Source: Treponema sp. | GTDB taxonomy: Bacteria; Spirochaetota; Spirochaetia; Treponematales; Treponemataceae | Assembly: GCA_016288205.1 (NCBI GenBank) | Contig: JAEEYO010000013.1 | Span: 1,700 to 65,699 of the forward strand | Reading direction: 5' to 3' | Length of the DNA stretch: 64,000 bases | Shown: piece by piece, positions 16,661 through 27,704 of the stretch | Layout: each line of letters starts with the position of its first letter | Position numbering within the stretch: position 1 is the stretch's first letter | The notes under the pieces: model-generated | What the model was told of the DNA's origin: nothing | Database searches by the model: none | Seen by the model: the letters and a program-made list of their open reading frames with translations, nothing else | Program-made: the position numbers and the translations under genes

Positions 16661-19321
16661 TCAGCGCCCTAAAAGGCCCTTGCCCTTCTTTGTAATGCCG
16701 TCGAGCAAACCGCCCGCACCTTCCGAAGTTCCGTCCAGAATCTTGTCGGTAAGTCCTCCGAGTCCCTCCTTCAGATTGTCAGGAACCACATCCGAGACAG
16801 CGTCCTTAACTGCAGCCTTCGCCGCATCGGTCTTTTCCGCAATCACTTCCTCAGCCTTTGCCTTTGCCTCGTCAATCTTCTTGTTCGCCTCTTCCTTAAG
16901 TTTCGCCTCAATCTCAAGTTTTTTCTTCTCCAGGATTTTCTGTACGTCGGCAAGTTTCATGTTCTGCAAGTCGATGTCGCCCTCAATTCCAAGAAACTCC
17001 TTCGCCTTTACCAGATACTCGTTCTCCGAGTTGTTGAGTATGTCCTGGATTTTCGCAATGGCAGCCTTCTTCGCATCCCTTCCCGCTTCCAGCACAATGT
17101 TCACCAGAGCCTTAACGAACTGCTCGCCTATGTTTCCTTCCAAATCAAGATAGAGCCCGCGGTCCTTCGTGTACCCCACGTCATATCCGAAATCCAGATT
17201 GTCCACCGACGCAAGACCGATGTTGTAATATTTCGTCACAAGCTCGTTGTTGAATCCGTCGCTGGAAAGAGAAACGGGAGCAAGCTTGGCATATCCCTGA
17301 GCGGTAAATCCGGTCTCGTCCGCCGTCGCACCAAAAGAAATCAGCGCGTCACCCTTTACGGAAGGAACACCGCTCTTTGTCGCAATCCGGCTTCCGTCCA
17401 CATCCACCTTGTATCCGGTACCTGTATATTTCGCAGTGACAAGCGGATTCGTAGTCGCACGCCTGAAATCAAGCACAAGATTTCCATCATGACGCACATC
17501 CTTTATGTCAAGCGCAAGCTTAGCTTCGGTAGGTCTGTTGCGCACGTTCTGGTCGTTCGTAATCTCTGTGATGGAGCCGTCGAATCCAGTTCCTGAAACC
17601 TTCACGCGTTGAATCAAAAAGCTCGGATATGCCGCGGTAAAATAAAAATCGGTTCCGGGAGAACGCTTGCTCACTTTCTTCGGCTTTTCCTTTTTCTCCT
17701 TTGACGCGGATTTTGCCTTGAGTTCCCTTGCAAGCTCCAGTCCGTCCATCACATAGGGATAGTATTTTCCGAGCAGATTGCACACGAGGGTGTCAGCCGC
17801 ATGCATGGCAAGTCCGTCCAGATTCGCGATCGCACCCGTAATCGTGGTAAGACGCTCAACAATATAATCGTAGTCGCTTTTTGCTGTGTCCGCAACCTTT
17901 TTCGCCATGTCATTTACGGAGACCGCATCTTTTTTCACATCCTCCACGACAAGTTTCATCGCAGCCTCAAGAACCTTGCCCTGCTCCACAGCCGCAGAAA
18001 TTTTCTCCAGCGCGGATTTCAGCTCGGCCACATCGGATGCCTTTCGGATGTCGTACATCTTCACGTTGATTGTCTGCAGCTCCTTTACTGAATCAGCAAA
18101 GCGCATGACTTCCGCCTTCATCTCCTCCGGCTTGGCCTTCCATTTCTCCACAAGCTCCTGAGCCATCGCAATCGCTTCCTGAGCGACTTCCGGCGTGTTG
18201 ATGTTGTCCTGCAGAGTTTTGATTATGCTGTCAATGTCGCTTCCACCCAGCAAGTCATAGGCCTCGTTTTTGAGCTGCTCAATGGAGTTGTTTATCCTTG
18301 CCTTGATTTCCCTCACGAACGGAGACTCAGCCTTGGGCACATTCGGAAGCTCACAACTGTAAGTGCGGTCGGTGTTCCACGCAATTCCGCTGGCCTCAAG
18401 ATTTTCCGCGACAAAGCGTTTTTTCAGAAGCTGCACAAGATTGAAATCCACCTGGATGCGCTGCACCTCAAACAGATTCTTCATCACCGAATCCTTGTTG
18501 CCCACTTGAATTCTTCCTATTGTAATTGAGGTATCAAGAATCCTTACGTCCACCCAGTCAATGTCGGTCCTTGCCTTGAATATGCCCTCACATGCCGACT
18601 TTATTGCGTTGCGCACAATCCTGTTTTTATTCGCAAGCACAAAAGACACGGCACCGACCAAAAGCCCCACAAGCACTGCGAGCGGAATCAGGCGGACTCT
18701 GGCCTTGTTCTGTTTTTTGATTTCCTTCGCAATGAACTTGAACTTCTTGACTTCCTTTTTGGAAAACATGAGTTCCTGGGGTATGGCAAGTTTCGTCGGC
18801 TTCTTCGGATTTCCACCCTGCACAAAAAGCGCGCTGACAGATTTTCTGTCCTCAGGTATATAGATTTTCCTGATTATTTTCCGATGGAACGAGCGCGGGG
18901 AATAAGTGCCCTTGAAAATTGCAGGAAGCTTGTCCCTCGGAATGACCTTCTTGGACTCATCCTCCTCCTTTTTCAGCACTTCGTTTTCCTGAGCCACAAC
19001 ATCCTGCACGCCCGCGGACACAAGTTCCTTTTCCTCCAGGGAAATAACCATAGTCTCTTCTTCCGCAGGAGGTTCTTCCTCAGCAGGTGTTTCTCCCTCA
19101 TTAGTCTCAACCGACGCAGGTTCATCGCCCGGCACTGTTTCTTCGCTCGGTGCAGTTTCTTCGCTTGGCACAGATTCTTCATCCGCCTTGGCTTCTTCCT
19201 CACTGGTCTCAGCCGAAATTTCATCCGAAGTTATCTCGTTGAAATATGAGTCGTCGCCGTCGTCAAAACCCTCGGGGGGTATCTTTTTTTCATCGGGTTC
19301 AAGATTTTCGTTTTCTTCCAT
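16661..19321 (-). CDS. Large single-pass membrane protein of unknown function (possibly TIGR03545/AsmA-like)
   Basis: 886 aa. The N-terminal ~200 aa are E/D/S/P-rich. A K-rich stretch and a TM helix (LIPLAVLVGLLVGAVSFVLA) follow, then a ~600-aa domain and a C-terminal K/E/A-rich coiled coil. The family assignment is from memory only. Confidence 0.45.
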   Translation of the reverse strand: MEENENLEPDEKKIPPEGFDDGDDSYFNEITSDEISAETSEEEAKADEESVPSEETAPSEETVPGDEPASVETNEGETPAEEEPPAEEETMVISLEEKELVSAGVQDVVAQENEVLKKEEDESKKVIPRDKLPAIFKGTYSPRSFHRKIIRKIYIPEDRKSVSALFVQGGNPKKPTKLAIPQELMFSKKEVKKFKFIAKEIKKQNKARVRLIPLAVLVGLLVGAVSFVLANKNRIVRNAIKSACEGIFKARTDIDWVDVRILDTSITIGRIQVGNKDSVMKNLFEVQRIQVDFNLVQLLKKRFVAENLEASGIAWNTDRTYSCELPNVPKAESPFVREIKARINNSIEQLKNEAYDLLGGSDIDSIIKTLQDNINTPEVAQEAIAMAQELVEKWKAKPEEMKAEVMRFADSVKELQTINVKMYDIRKASDVAELKSALEKISAAVEQGKVLEAAMKLVVEDVKKDAVSVNDMAKKVADTAKSDYDYIVERLTTITGAIANLDGLAMHAADTLVCNLLGKYYPYVMDGLELARELKAKSASKEKKEKPKKVSKRSPGTDFYFTAAYPSFLIQRVKVSGTGFDGSITEITNDQNVRNRPTEAKLALDIKDVRHDGNLVLDFRRATTNPLVTAKYTGTGYKVDVDGSRIATKSGVPSVKGDALISFGATADETGFTAQGYAKLAPVSLSSDGFNNELVTKYYNIGLASVDNLDFGYDVGYTKDRGLYLDLEGNIGEQFVKALVNIVLEAGRDAKKAAIAKIQDILNNSENEYLVKAKEFLGIEGDIDLQNMKLADVQKILEKKKLEIEAKLKEEANKKIDEAKAKAEEVIAEKTDAAKAAVKDAVSDVVPDNLKEGLGGLTDKILDGTSEGAGGLLDGITKKGKGLLGR

Positions 19322-19331
19322 AATTTACCCC

Positions 19332-19844
19332 CTAGAATTCCTGAGCCAAGTCCGTGATTTTTCTGACAAGCGGAATCTTGCCAAACATCTTCACAATCTT
19401 CAGGTTCTTTAGTTTCGCGCCCAGATAGCGTCTCCACAAAAAAGTAAAGAGCATGGAAAAAAGAAAGAGCGGAATATACGACAAAATCAGGAAACCGAGG
19501 CTTCCCATCACGATGGAGTTGTTAATTTTTGTGAACGCCACAAAAGGAATGTTCATCACTTTTATCATCGGTGCCTGCATGTAGTCCCTCGTAAGAATCC
19601 AGCAGCCTATGGTGTCGAGCAACGGGTCGGCAAGATAAGCAAAAATCCCCACGATGATCGTCGTGAGCGAAAGGACTCCCCTCTGTATGCGCAGGAAAAA
19701 GACAAGCACGAAGAGTATGTACCAAAGCGCGTTGTTCTTTGGCATGAGACCAAAAAAGACTCCCCAGGCAAAGGCATGGGCAATCTCCGCCGGTGCAGTG
19801 TTTGAACTCATTGCACGGATAAATTTCACGAAGGCACCTAACAT
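19332..19844 (-). CDS. Small polytopic membrane protein, DUF2062/TIGR03546-like
   Basis: 170 aa with about 4 hydrophobic helices. The motif AHAFAWGVFFGLMP resembles DUF2062. It ends 10 bp upstream of the start of the 886-aa gene. Confidence 0.45.
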   Translation of the reverse strand: MLGAFVKFIRAMSSNTAPAEIAHAFAWGVFFGLMPKNNALWYILFVLVFFLRIQRGVLSLTTIIVGIFAYLADPLLDTIGCWILTRDYMQAPMIKVMNIPFVAFTKINNSIVMGSLGFLILSYIPLFLFSMLFTFLWRRYLGAKLKNLKIVKMFGKIPLVRKITDLAQEF

Positions 19845-19863
19845 AATTCCACTCTCTTTTTTA

Positions 19864-19905
19864 TATAAAAAAATGTACCTGAAAAAAGAAATTCAATTTT
19901 CAGGC
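19864..19905 (-). terminator. Candidate terminator after dapL
   Basis: On the minus strand, an AU-rich stem GCCTGAAAA...TTTTCAGGT is followed by ACATTTTTTTAT. Confidence 0.4.
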
Positions 19906-19919
19906 ACAGAACCCATTTT

Positions 19920-21149
19920 TCAAATCTTCAACAATGCAAGACGCTTGCAGGCCTCACGGACATCCTCACGATGACCGAAACAGCTGAACCTGAGATAGCT
20001 CTCACCGGCAGGACCGAATCCGCTTCCTGGCGTAGTCACAACACGACACTCATCAAGAATCTTGTCGAAAATGTCCCAGCTGCTCCATCCGGGGAAATGC
20101 ACCCACAGATAGGGAGAGTCACCGGTGTAATAAACCTTTACGCCGGCATTCTTGAAATTGTCGCGCTCAAGAGTCTCCTTCATCAGCTTGGCGTTGTCAA
20201 GGTAGTAGTCCACAAGTCCGCGTGTCTCCTTCATTCCCTCAAGGTCAAGGGCAGCAAGACCTCCCGCCTGTGCTATGTTGCTCGCACCGTTGAAAAGGGT
20301 CGTCATAACTCTGTTCCAGTCATCGCGCACTGAGCTTCCGTCAGCATAGCGCAAAGTTGAAGGAACGACGCTCCATCCCAACCGGACTCCGGTAAATCCG
20401 GCGAGCTTTGAGAATGAGTTGATTTCAATGGCGCACTTTCTGGCACCGCTTATTTCAAAGATTGTCTTGGGCAGCTTGTCGTCACGGATAAATGCGTAAT
20501 ATGCCGCGTCATAGATGATGATGCATCCGTTCTTAAGCGCATAGTCAACGAGCTTTTTAAGCTGGGACTTAGTGCTTGCGGCTCCCGTCGGATTGTTCGG
20601 GCTGCAAAAATAAATCAGTGAGTTCGGCTTGATTACCTCAAGGTTCGGGAAGAATCCGTTCTCGGCGGTACAGGGCAGATAGGTGACTCCCTTGTACTTG
20701 TCCTTGTTCGCCTTTCCTGCGGCACCGACAATAACGCTTCCGTCAACATACACGGGATACGCTGGGTCCTGCACGGCGATCGGAGTCTTGCGTCCGAAAA
20801 GAGTCTGGATTCTGGCAATGTCGCACTTTGCTCCGTCGGAAATAAAAATCTCTTCGGCACTGGCCATCTTCGGGTAAAGGACATCGGCAATCTTCTGTCT
20901 GAGCACGGCATTTCCCTGCTCGTCTCCGTATCCTGAGTAACCCGTTTTTTTACCGAGAGCGCGTGCGTAATCAACCATGGCACCTGAAATGTGTGGTGTC
21001 AGAGGTTCGGTTGTGTTTCCAATTCCCAAGCTGATTATTTTAGCATCGGGATGCTTTGCCTGATACGCCTTTCTTCTCTTCGCCACTTCCGGGAAAAGAT
21101 ATCCTGACGACAAATTTGCAAATCCTGCATTTCTTTCTACCATTTTCAC
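19920..21149 (-). CDS. dapL: LL-diaminopimelate aminotransferase
   Basis: 409 aa. The N-terminus (NAGFANLSSGYLFPEVAKRRKAY) and the NSFSK pyridoxal-lysine context are typical of DapL as found in spirochaetes, chlamydiae and plants. Confidence 0.85.
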   Translation of the reverse strand: MKMVERNAGFANLSSGYLFPEVAKRRKAYQAKHPDAKIISLGIGNTTEPLTPHISGAMVDYARALGKKTGYSGYGDEQGNAVLRQKIADVLYPKMASAEEIFISDGAKCDIARIQTLFGRKTPIAVQDPAYPVYVDGSVIVGAAGKANKDKYKGVTYLPCTAENGFFPNLEVIKPNSLIYFCSPNNPTGAASTKSQLKKLVDYALKNGCIIIYDAAYYAFIRDDKLPKTIFEISGARKCAIEINSFSKLAGFTGVRLGWSVVPSTLRYADGSSVRDDWNRVMTTLFNGASNIAQAGGLAALDLEGMKETRGLVDYYLDNAKLMKETLERDNFKNAGVKVYYTGDSPYLWVHFPGWSSWDIFDKILDECRVVTTPGSGFGPAGESYLRFSCFGHREDVREACKRLALLKI

Positions 21150-21272
21150 GCCTCTCTTTTTTCATTATATTAACAAAATAATTGCTTTTAACTCAAAGAC
21201 TCAAAAAGAATCTCCAACTTTAATTTGAACACAATCGGCACGAAAAGTCAAGATGGAATATGGAATTCGGAA

Positions 21273-22598
21273 CTAATAGCTGGAAGGAATCTGCAAAGTA
21301 AACATCGCATATTTGTTTTCCTCGCTTTCCACGCTTATCTTGCCCTTGTGAGCCACTGCAATGGACTGTGCTATGGCGAGTCCCAGACCATATCCTCCGG
21401 TTGCCCTTGCCCTGGATGAGTCCGAGCGGAAAAATCGGTTGAAAATCTTGTTCAGGTCCTCGGGAGAAATTCCGTGTCCGGTGTTGTATACTTTCACGAA
21501 GCAGCGGTTTCCTTCCTTTCCCGCGGTCACACGAATCAGCGAGCCGGGCTCAGAGTTTTTCAGAGCGTTGTCCACAAGCACGATGATTGCCTGCTTGATT
21601 TTCGCCTCATCACCCATGACGGGAAGCATATTTTTGCCTGTATTTATCTCCAGGGTCTTTTTCTGCTCAAACGCAACGCTTTCAAAAGGAAGAACCGCAT
21701 ACGCAGCAGCCTCGGACAAATCAAACGGAAGCCTGGCAAATTCGGTCTTTCCGGCATCATCCTTCGCAAGATAGAGCATGTCCTTTACCAGAGTTCCCAT
21801 CCTCTCGTTCTCAGTCTTGATGTAACCGAGCCACTTGTTGTCCGGAAACTCATGCTCAAGCACGTCAATATTCGCGGATATTACGGCCACAGGAGTCTTA
21901 AGCTCGTGCGACGCGTCCGCAATGAACTGTTTTTGGTTGATGAAGGCAGCCTGCACTGGCCGTATCACAAGCGCGGAGATCATGAGCGAAAGGAAAAACG
22001 CCACAACGAGACTCATGCCAAGGATGGAAGACGAAAAAGCCACGAAACTGTGCTGATGACCAATTTCGTTCATACGGTCAATGATCACAAGAAGATACCC
22101 GTAGTCCCTGCTCTCAATACCGTATGCAAGCCCGTTGTCTAAGCCGCCATTGTGCTTCGGAAATCTGGTCACAGTCATGCTGATAAAATCATCATCCACG
22201 ATTGCCTCTGAATAAACCGAAAAAGTGTGCAGAACATGATCCAGCTTTCCGTCCTTATCGAGCCTTGCAACATAATAGTCCTGAAATCCACGTCTGTGAT
22301 TGGAACCGAAAAGCCAATACTCAAATATGGACGACTCCTGGGGCGGAAGCGGCGGCTTATAAAACGAATCGTCGTCGGATGAGGCAGAATCCTTTTTTTG
22401 CCCCTCACGAGGTCTTGGCGTAAGATAACCCTCATTTTCCATAAGCTCAGTTATGAACACCCGGCAATCCCTTCGGTTAATCACCTTCAAATACAAATTC
22501 AAAAGCCCGATAAGGATTGAGAAAATTATGGCAAGCACCACCAGCACCATAAAGGTTATCTTGAACCTCAGGAGGATAAACACGTCCTTTTTTTTCAT
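21273..22598 (-). CDS. Two-component sensor histidine kinase
   Basis: H-box ADASHELKTPVAVI, an N/G-box region (DNALKNS...YNTGHGI...GGYGLGLAI), and two TM segments. Confidence 0.88.
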   Translation of the reverse strand: MKKKDVFILLRFKITFMVLVVLAIIFSILIGLLNLYLKVINRRDCRVFITELMENEGYLTPRPREGQKKDSASSDDDSFYKPPLPPQESSIFEYWLFGSNHRRGFQDYYVARLDKDGKLDHVLHTFSVYSEAIVDDDFISMTVTRFPKHNGGLDNGLAYGIESRDYGYLLVIIDRMNEIGHQHSFVAFSSSILGMSLVVAFFLSLMISALVIRPVQAAFINQKQFIADASHELKTPVAVISANIDVLEHEFPDNKWLGYIKTENERMGTLVKDMLYLAKDDAGKTEFARLPFDLSEAAAYAVLPFESVAFEQKKTLEINTGKNMLPVMGDEAKIKQAIIVLVDNALKNSEPGSLIRVTAGKEGNRCFVKVYNTGHGISPEDLNKIFNRFFRSDSSRARATGGYGLGLAIAQSIAVAHKGKISVESEENKYAMFTLQIPSSY

Positions 22599-22610
22599 CT
22601 GGCGAAAAAA

Positions 22611-23288
22611 CTACTTTCCTTCCTCCAGGGAATAACCGATGCCGCGGGCCGTCCTGATTTGGGTCTTCACCTTGAGCTGATCGATTTTCTTCCTTATGAA
22701 CGAGATGTAAACTTCCACATTGTTGTACTCAGCGTCCGAGTCACCGCCCCAGATTTTTTCGATGATGCGCTCCTTCTTGATAATCTGATGGGGATTCTCA
22801 AAAAGCAGGTCGATGATCTGGAATTCCTTGAGAGAAAGCTTGATTGCCTCACCGCCGACTTTCTGCAGCTCGCAGTTGTTTTTGTTCAGCGTAAGGTCGC
22901 CGAATGTGATTATATCTTCCTTCACGTCTGCCTTTCTGCGTGAGAGTGCGCGCACCCTTGCAAGAAGCTCGTCCGTACTGAACGGCTTTGTCATGTAATC
23001 ATCCGCACCGGAATCAAGTCCCTTCACCCTGTCCTGCACCTCATCCTTGGCAGTCAGCATGAGAATCGGCACCTGATTTTTTTCCTCCCTCAGCGCACGG
23101 AGAATTGAAATTCCATCCATGCCGGGAAGCATTATGTCCAGAATCACGACATCATAAATACCGCTCTGTGCGTACTGCAAACCCTCCGGTCCCGTATACA
23201 CAGCATCAATTCCATAGCGGTTCTTCTGGAAAATCTCGACCAAAGCCTGTGAAAGGCGGACCTCATCTTCAACAAGTAATATTCTCAT
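22611..23288 (-). CDS. OmpR-family response regulator
   Basis: MRILLVEDE receiver start, DIMLPGMDG, and a C-terminal winged helix (ARGIGYSL). The start was moved from GTG 23303 to ATG 23288. Confidence 0.9.
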   Translation of the reverse strand: MRILLVEDEVRLSQALVEIFQKNRYGIDAVYTGPEGLQYAQSGIYDVVILDIMLPGMDGISILRALREEKNQVPILMLTAKDEVQDRVKGLDSGADDYMTKPFSTDELLARVRALSRRKADVKEDIITFGDLTLNKNNCELQKVGGEAIKLSLKEFQIIDLLFENPHQIIKKERIIEKIWGGDSDAEYNNVEVYISFIRKKIDQLKVKTQIRTARGIGYSLEEGK

Positions 23289-23370
23289 ACTTCTATTATA
23301 CACCGTTAAAGAAAAGAATTCTTAAAAATTTATAATTTTTTGTTATATTTTGGAAGTTCCATGAAAATCG

Positions 23371-23868
23371 CTAAAGAATTTTAAAGAACTGCTCTATGTG
23401 AGGATGTTTTACCACCATGACCGAGCAATGCGATGAGCCGATAATCTCACTGTCCTGCATTCCCGCAAGACCATGCCTGAGCATAGAAGAAGTCCCGGAC
23501 TCCTCCCCGCCTCCGATCAGAAGCAGATCGGCCTTGTAGTCATCCGCCGCCTTCACAATCTCCGCCCAGACCGCACCGCTTCGCATCTCAGTCTCAATCT
23601 TGACTCCCTTTGCCTTGGCAAGACGCGCAACATACTCAAGTCCACGGTCTCCGTCGCGCTGAAGGTCATCCTTGAATTCCACGCCCTCCTCCTTCATGAG
23701 GAATTTCGTAAGCGTGAGCTTTTTGATTGTATCAGTGTCCACGACATAGACAACCTTGAGCTTGCACTTAAAGGACTTTGCCATCATAACGCCGTACATG
23801 AACGCATGAAGAGAAGATTTTGAACCGTTGTAAGCGACTAAAACCCGCTGAAAAAGAGGTTTTATCAT
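23371..23868 (-). CDS. Universal stress protein (UspA family)
   Basis: 165 aa. VLVAYNGS at the N-terminus and LLLIGGGEESG...GSSHCSVMVV at the C-terminus. The start overlaps the atpD stop (ATGA). Confidence 0.8.
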   Translation of the reverse strand: MIKPLFQRVLVAYNGSKSSLHAFMYGVMMAKSFKCKLKVVYVVDTDTIKKLTLTKFLMKEEGVEFKDDLQRDGDRGLEYVARLAKAKGVKIETEMRSGAVWAEIVKAADDYKADLLLIGGGEESGTSSMLRHGLAGMQDSEIIGSSHCSVMVVKHPHIEQFFKIL

Positions 23869-24491
23869 TTTGCCTCCTGCCTGTTTTTCAATGACTTAAG
23901 AACAAAAACATTGTCCCTTTCCCTTTCTTCCAGAACCGACTCAATATATGCGACGGTCTCCTTCGACTGAGGAATCACCATTTTGTCAAGGGCGTTAACC
24001 CGTCTCTGCGTCTTTTTAACTTCCATGGCAAGTCTCCAGACTATGGTCCTTATGCTCGCCATCTGGGTCAGCAAAGTCAAAAGCTCGAAAAAATCCTGCA
24101 TGACCTCATCGCTGTCGGGAAAAGTTCCAAGGAATGATGAAAAAAGCTCCCTCTTCGGCAGGGTCACGTCTATGGTCTCGAAATTGATTCCGCCGATTAC
24201 CACCGGTTTTTCAGTGAGCTCAAATTTATAGTTCACGGCATGTGCAATCCGCTCCACCCTGTCGCCACCAACTGCCATGAGCATGCGTTTCAACGCCGGA
24301 TAAGCCTTGGCGACACACTTGTCAATGCTGCCCTCAAGCAATTTCACCCTTTCCACAAGATGCATGAGCTCCATGACAAGAATCTCGCGCTTTTGCTCAA
24401 GCAGGTCATATCCCTCGGTGCTTACGGCAAGCTGTTCCTTTACGGTGAGAAGATTGGATTTAGTCGGCGCAATGTTCAGCCTGTTTGCCAT
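23865..24491 (-). CDS. atpD: V-type ATP synthase subunit D
   Basis: [15 protein letters not shown] and RRVNALD are typical of V/A-type D subunits. Position after subunit B. Confidence 0.9.
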   Translation of the reverse strand: MANRLNIAPTKSNLLTVKEQLAVSTEGYDLLEQKREILVMELMHLVERVKLLEGSIDKCVAKAYPALKRMLMAVGGDRVERIAHAVNYKFELTEKPVVIGGINFETIDVTLPKRELFSSFLGTFPDSDEVMQDFFELLTLLTQMASIRTIVWRLAMEVKKTQRRVNALDKMVIPQSKETVAYIESVLEERERDNVFVLKSLKNRQEAK

Positions 24492-25897
24492 CAGACCTCC
24501 TGAGTCTCAAAGACAGCCTCTTCCTTTTTCGGAAGATATTTCTCAATGAGCTCGTCCTTAATCCTGTAAAGCTCGTCGCGCGGAAGTATGGAAAGGATTT
24601 CCCATCCCAGGTCAAGGGTCTGCTCAATCGTGCGGTCCTCGTACTCACCCTGGCAGAAAAATTTCTCCTCAAGCTCCGTGCCGAATTTCAAATATTTTTT
24701 GTCCAGATCCGAAAGCTCTTCCTCACCGATGATTGCCGCAAGGTTACGGATGCTCTTTACCTTTGAGTAGGACGCGAAAAGCTGGGATGAAACAGCGCTG
24801 TGGTCCTCCCTCGTCATGCCCTCGCCAATACCGTCCTTCATAAGACGGCTCAAGCTTGGAAGACCGGAAACCGGCGGATACATTCCCTTCTGGCTCATCT
24901 CCCTGTCAAGAACAATCTGTCCCTCGGTGATGTAACCGGTCAGGTCAGGAATAGGATGGCTGATGTCATCGTTCGGCATGGTCAGAATCGGAATCTGCGT
25001 GATGCTTCCCGTGGATCCCTGGATTTTTCCGGCCCTCTCATAAAGCTCGGCAAGATTTGAATACAAATATCCCGGATATCCCTTTCTTCCCGGAACCTCT
25101 CCGCGTGTGGTGGAAATCTCGCGCAATGCCTCGCAGTAGTTGGTCATATCGGTCATTACGACAAGAACGTGCATGTTGCATTCAAATGCAAGATACTCAG
25201 CCGCAGTAAGGGCGCACCTCGGAGTGATGATTCTTTCGATTGAAGGAGCGTCCGCAAGAGACTGGAACATGACGACCTTGCTCAAAACACCGCTTTCCTC
25301 GAATGTGTGCTGGAAGAACTGGGCCACGTCATATTTAATTCCCATGCCCGCGAAAACCATTACGAATTCCTCGTCCGAATCCTTGAGTTTCGCCTGCCTG
25401 ATTATCTGAGCCGCAAGTCTGTTGTGGGGAAGTCCGTTGCCGCTGAAAATGGGAAGCTTCTGTCCGCGGATCAAAGTGTTCATTCCGTCAATGGAAGAAA
25501 TGCCCGTCTGGATAAAGTCCCTCGGATAAACACGCGCATAAGGATTTATCGGATTTCCGTTCACGTTCACCTTTTTGCTTGAGATGATGTCGGGATATCC
25601 GTCAATCGGCTCGCCAAGTCCGTTGAAAATGCGTCCGAGAAGCCCGCGTCCCACACGAAGCTCCATGGGTCGGTCAAGGAACTCAACCGTAGTGCCGTCA
25701 AGGTCCAGTCCGGTCGTGCTTCCGAAAATCTGAACCACAGCAGTCTCCTCATTTATGTCGATTATGCGCCCTGTCTTTTTCTCACCGTTTTTGTCGCGGA
25801 CATAGACAACCTCATCATAAAATGAATCCGGGGTACGTTTGACCACCACAATAGGTCCGTCCACAAGCTCCAGGCCGGTGTATTCAATTCCCTTCAT
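24491..25897 (-). CDS. atpB: V-type ATP synthase subunit B
   Basis: 468 aa with clear V/A-ATPase B-subunit homology ([26 protein letters not shown]). Confidence 0.96.
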   Translation of the reverse strand: MKGIEYTGLELVDGPIVVVKRTPDSFYDEVVYVRDKNGEKKTGRIIDINEETAVVQIFGSTTGLDLDGTTVEFLDRPMELRVGRGLLGRIFNGLGEPIDGYPDIISSKKVNVNGNPINPYARVYPRDFIQTGISSIDGMNTLIRGQKLPIFSGNGLPHNRLAAQIIRQAKLKDSDEEFVMVFAGMGIKYDVAQFFQHTFEESGVLSKVVMFQSLADAPSIERIITPRCALTAAEYLAFECNMHVLVVMTDMTNYCEALREISTTRGEVPGRKGYPGYLYSNLAELYERAGKIQGSTGSITQIPILTMPNDDISHPIPDLTGYITEGQIVLDREMSQKGMYPPVSGLPSLSRLMKDGIGEGMTREDHSAVSSQLFASYSKVKSIRNLAAIIGEEELSDLDKKYLKFGTELEEKFFCQGEYEDRTIEQTLDLGWEILSILPRDELYRIKDELIEKYLPKKEEAVFETQEV

Positions 25898-25928
25898 ATT
25901 TAACCACCTCGCGTTCCGCTTTCAGCCG

Positions 25929-27704
25929 TCAGAGATTTTCCGACGAAGTTCTGTACAGTCTCTCCAGATCTCCCATCTGCTCTTCCAGATGATTGTGTAT
26001 CGTCGTGAGTCCGTCAATGTCATCGTTCGCAATCACCGACTTTGCCCTTACAATCTCGCTTCTGACCGGCACCTCTATAATCCTGAGCAGGGGACATCCC
26101 GCCTTGATTGCCTTGAGTGCGAGCTCGTAGAAATTCATAATCAGCATGAGGAGCTGAATCTGTTTCTCGGGCACGGAATACTGATCAATGTTGTCAAACG
26201 CGTTCTGCTGCAAAAATCCGTTCTTTATCATCTCCGCCACGGTCAAAATCAGACGGTCGCTTTCGGGAAGTGCGTCGGCTCCGATCAGGCGTACAATCTG
26301 CTGGAGTCTCTGCTCCTTTTTCAAGAGGTCCAGAGCCTTCAATCTGATTTCAGCCCACCTCGGGTCAAGACGGTCCCACCACCCCTTCACTTCCTCGGCA
26401 TATTCGGAATATGAGTCAATCCATCCGATCGCGGGATAGTGTCTGGCGTTTGCAAGTTCCCTGTCCAAGGCCCAGAAGCAGCGTATGAATCGCTTTGTGT
26501 GCTGGGTAACAGGCTCCGAAAAGTCACCACCCGGCGGAGAAACGGCACCGATTACGGAAACCGAGCCCTCTTTTCCACAAAGGGAATTCACGCGGCCAGC
26601 CCTTTCATAAAACTCCGCAAGCCTTGTCGGAAGATATGCGGGGAATCCCTCTTCGGCAGGCATTTCCTCCATGCGTCCTGAAAGTTCCCTCAAGGCCTCA
26701 GCCCATCGTGAGGTTGAGTCCGCCATGATTGCGACGTGCATTCCCATGTCCCTGTAATACTCCGCAAGCGTAATTCCTGCGTAAAGGGAAACTTCACGTG
26801 CTGCAACCGGCATGTTTGAGGTATTTGCAATGAGAATCGTGCGTTCCATGAGAGAGCGTCCCGTGCGTGGGTCAATCAGCTCGGGGAATTCGGTAAGTAC
26901 GTCGGTCATCTCGTTTCCGCGCTCACCGCAACCAATGTATACAATCAGATCCGCGTCGCACCATTTCGCTATGGCGTGCTGGGTCATGGTCTTTCCCGTA
27001 CCGAATCCACCGGGGATCGCTGCAGTGCCACCCTTGCTCAGGGGGAAGAAAACATCAATTACGCGCTGACCTGTGACAAGCGGCTCGGTGACTTCAAGTT
27101 TCTGTGCAAAAGGTCGTGGCTTACGAAGCGGCCAATACTGCGACATGAGGATTTTTTCACCCAAATCAGTCTCGCCAATCTCCGCGTCAACGGTATAGCT
27201 TCCCTTTCCCTTGAAAGAGACAAGTTTTTTTCCTTTTATATAAGGCGGCACCATGATTTTGTGCGTGATTGAGCCAGTCTCGGGAACAGTACCAAGCACC
27301 ATGCCCGGTTTGATTTCGCATCCGGAGTCAATTCCTTCCGCAGGCGTAAAGTCCCATTCTTTTTTTGCGTCAAGAGGCTCGGTTCTCTGTCCAGGAAGAA
27401 GAAAAGCTCCCCCGCTCTCGAACATCTGTTTCAGAGGACGCTGGATTCCGTCGTAAATCATGCCGACAAGTCCGGGACCAAGTTTGAGCGACAGAGGACG
27501 ACCGCTGCTCACGACATCCTCACCCACTTTCATTCCCGAATCATCCTCGTAAACTTCTATTGTGGCGTGTCCCTTTTCCTGACTGATTATTTCACCGATA
27601 AGACGGGCCTTTCCCACGTCAACAACATCATAAAGACCGCATCCGTCAAGTCCCTCGGCATAAACGATGGGTCCTGAAATCCTGGTGATTTTTCCGCTGA
27701 TCAT
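25929..27704 (-). CDS. atpA: V-type ATP synthase catalytic subunit A
   Basis: 591 aa with Walker A GGFGTGKT and [10 protein letters not shown]. Confidence 0.96.
   Translation of the reverse strand: MISGKITRISGPIVYAEGLDGCGLYDVVDVGKARLIGEIISQEKGHATIEVYEDDSGMKVGEDVVSSGRPLSLKLGPGLVGMIYDGIQRPLKQMFESGGAFLLPGQRTEPLDAKKEWDFTPAEGIDSGCEIKPGMVLGTVPETGSITHKIMVPPYIKGKKLVSFKGKGSYTVDAEIGETDLGEKILMSQYWPLRKPRPFAQKLEVTEPLVTGQRVIDVFFPLSKGGTAAIPGGFGTGKTMTQHAIAKWCDADLIVYIGCGERGNEMTDVLTEFPELIDPRTGRSLMERTILIANTSNMPVAAREVSLYAGITLAEYYRDMGMHVAIMADSTSRWAEALRELSGRMEEMPAEEGFPAYLPTRLAEFYERAGRVNSLCGKEGSVSVIGAVSPPGGDFSEPVTQHTKRFIRCFWALDRELANARHYPAIGWIDSYSEYAEEVKGWWDRLDPRWAEIRLKALDLLKKEQRLQQIVRLIGADALPESDRLILTVAEMIKNGFLQQNAFDNIDQYSVPEKQIQLLMLIMNFYELALKAIKAGCPLLRIIEVPVRSEIVRAKSVIANDDIDGLTTIHNHLEEQMGDLERLYRTSSENL

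Noticed and set aside
21150-21272. Possible lysine riboswitch upstream of dapL
   Set aside because: The leader is only about 120 nt, which is too short for an L-box. I could find none of the conserved L-box helices or motifs by eye.
23289-23345. TATAAT box 6 nt upstream of the response-regulator ATG, suggesting a leaderless mRNA
   Set aside because: No acceptable -35 element appears at 16-18 nt spacing. The hexamer may simply reflect AT-rich intergenic sequence. The support is too weak to report as a feature.
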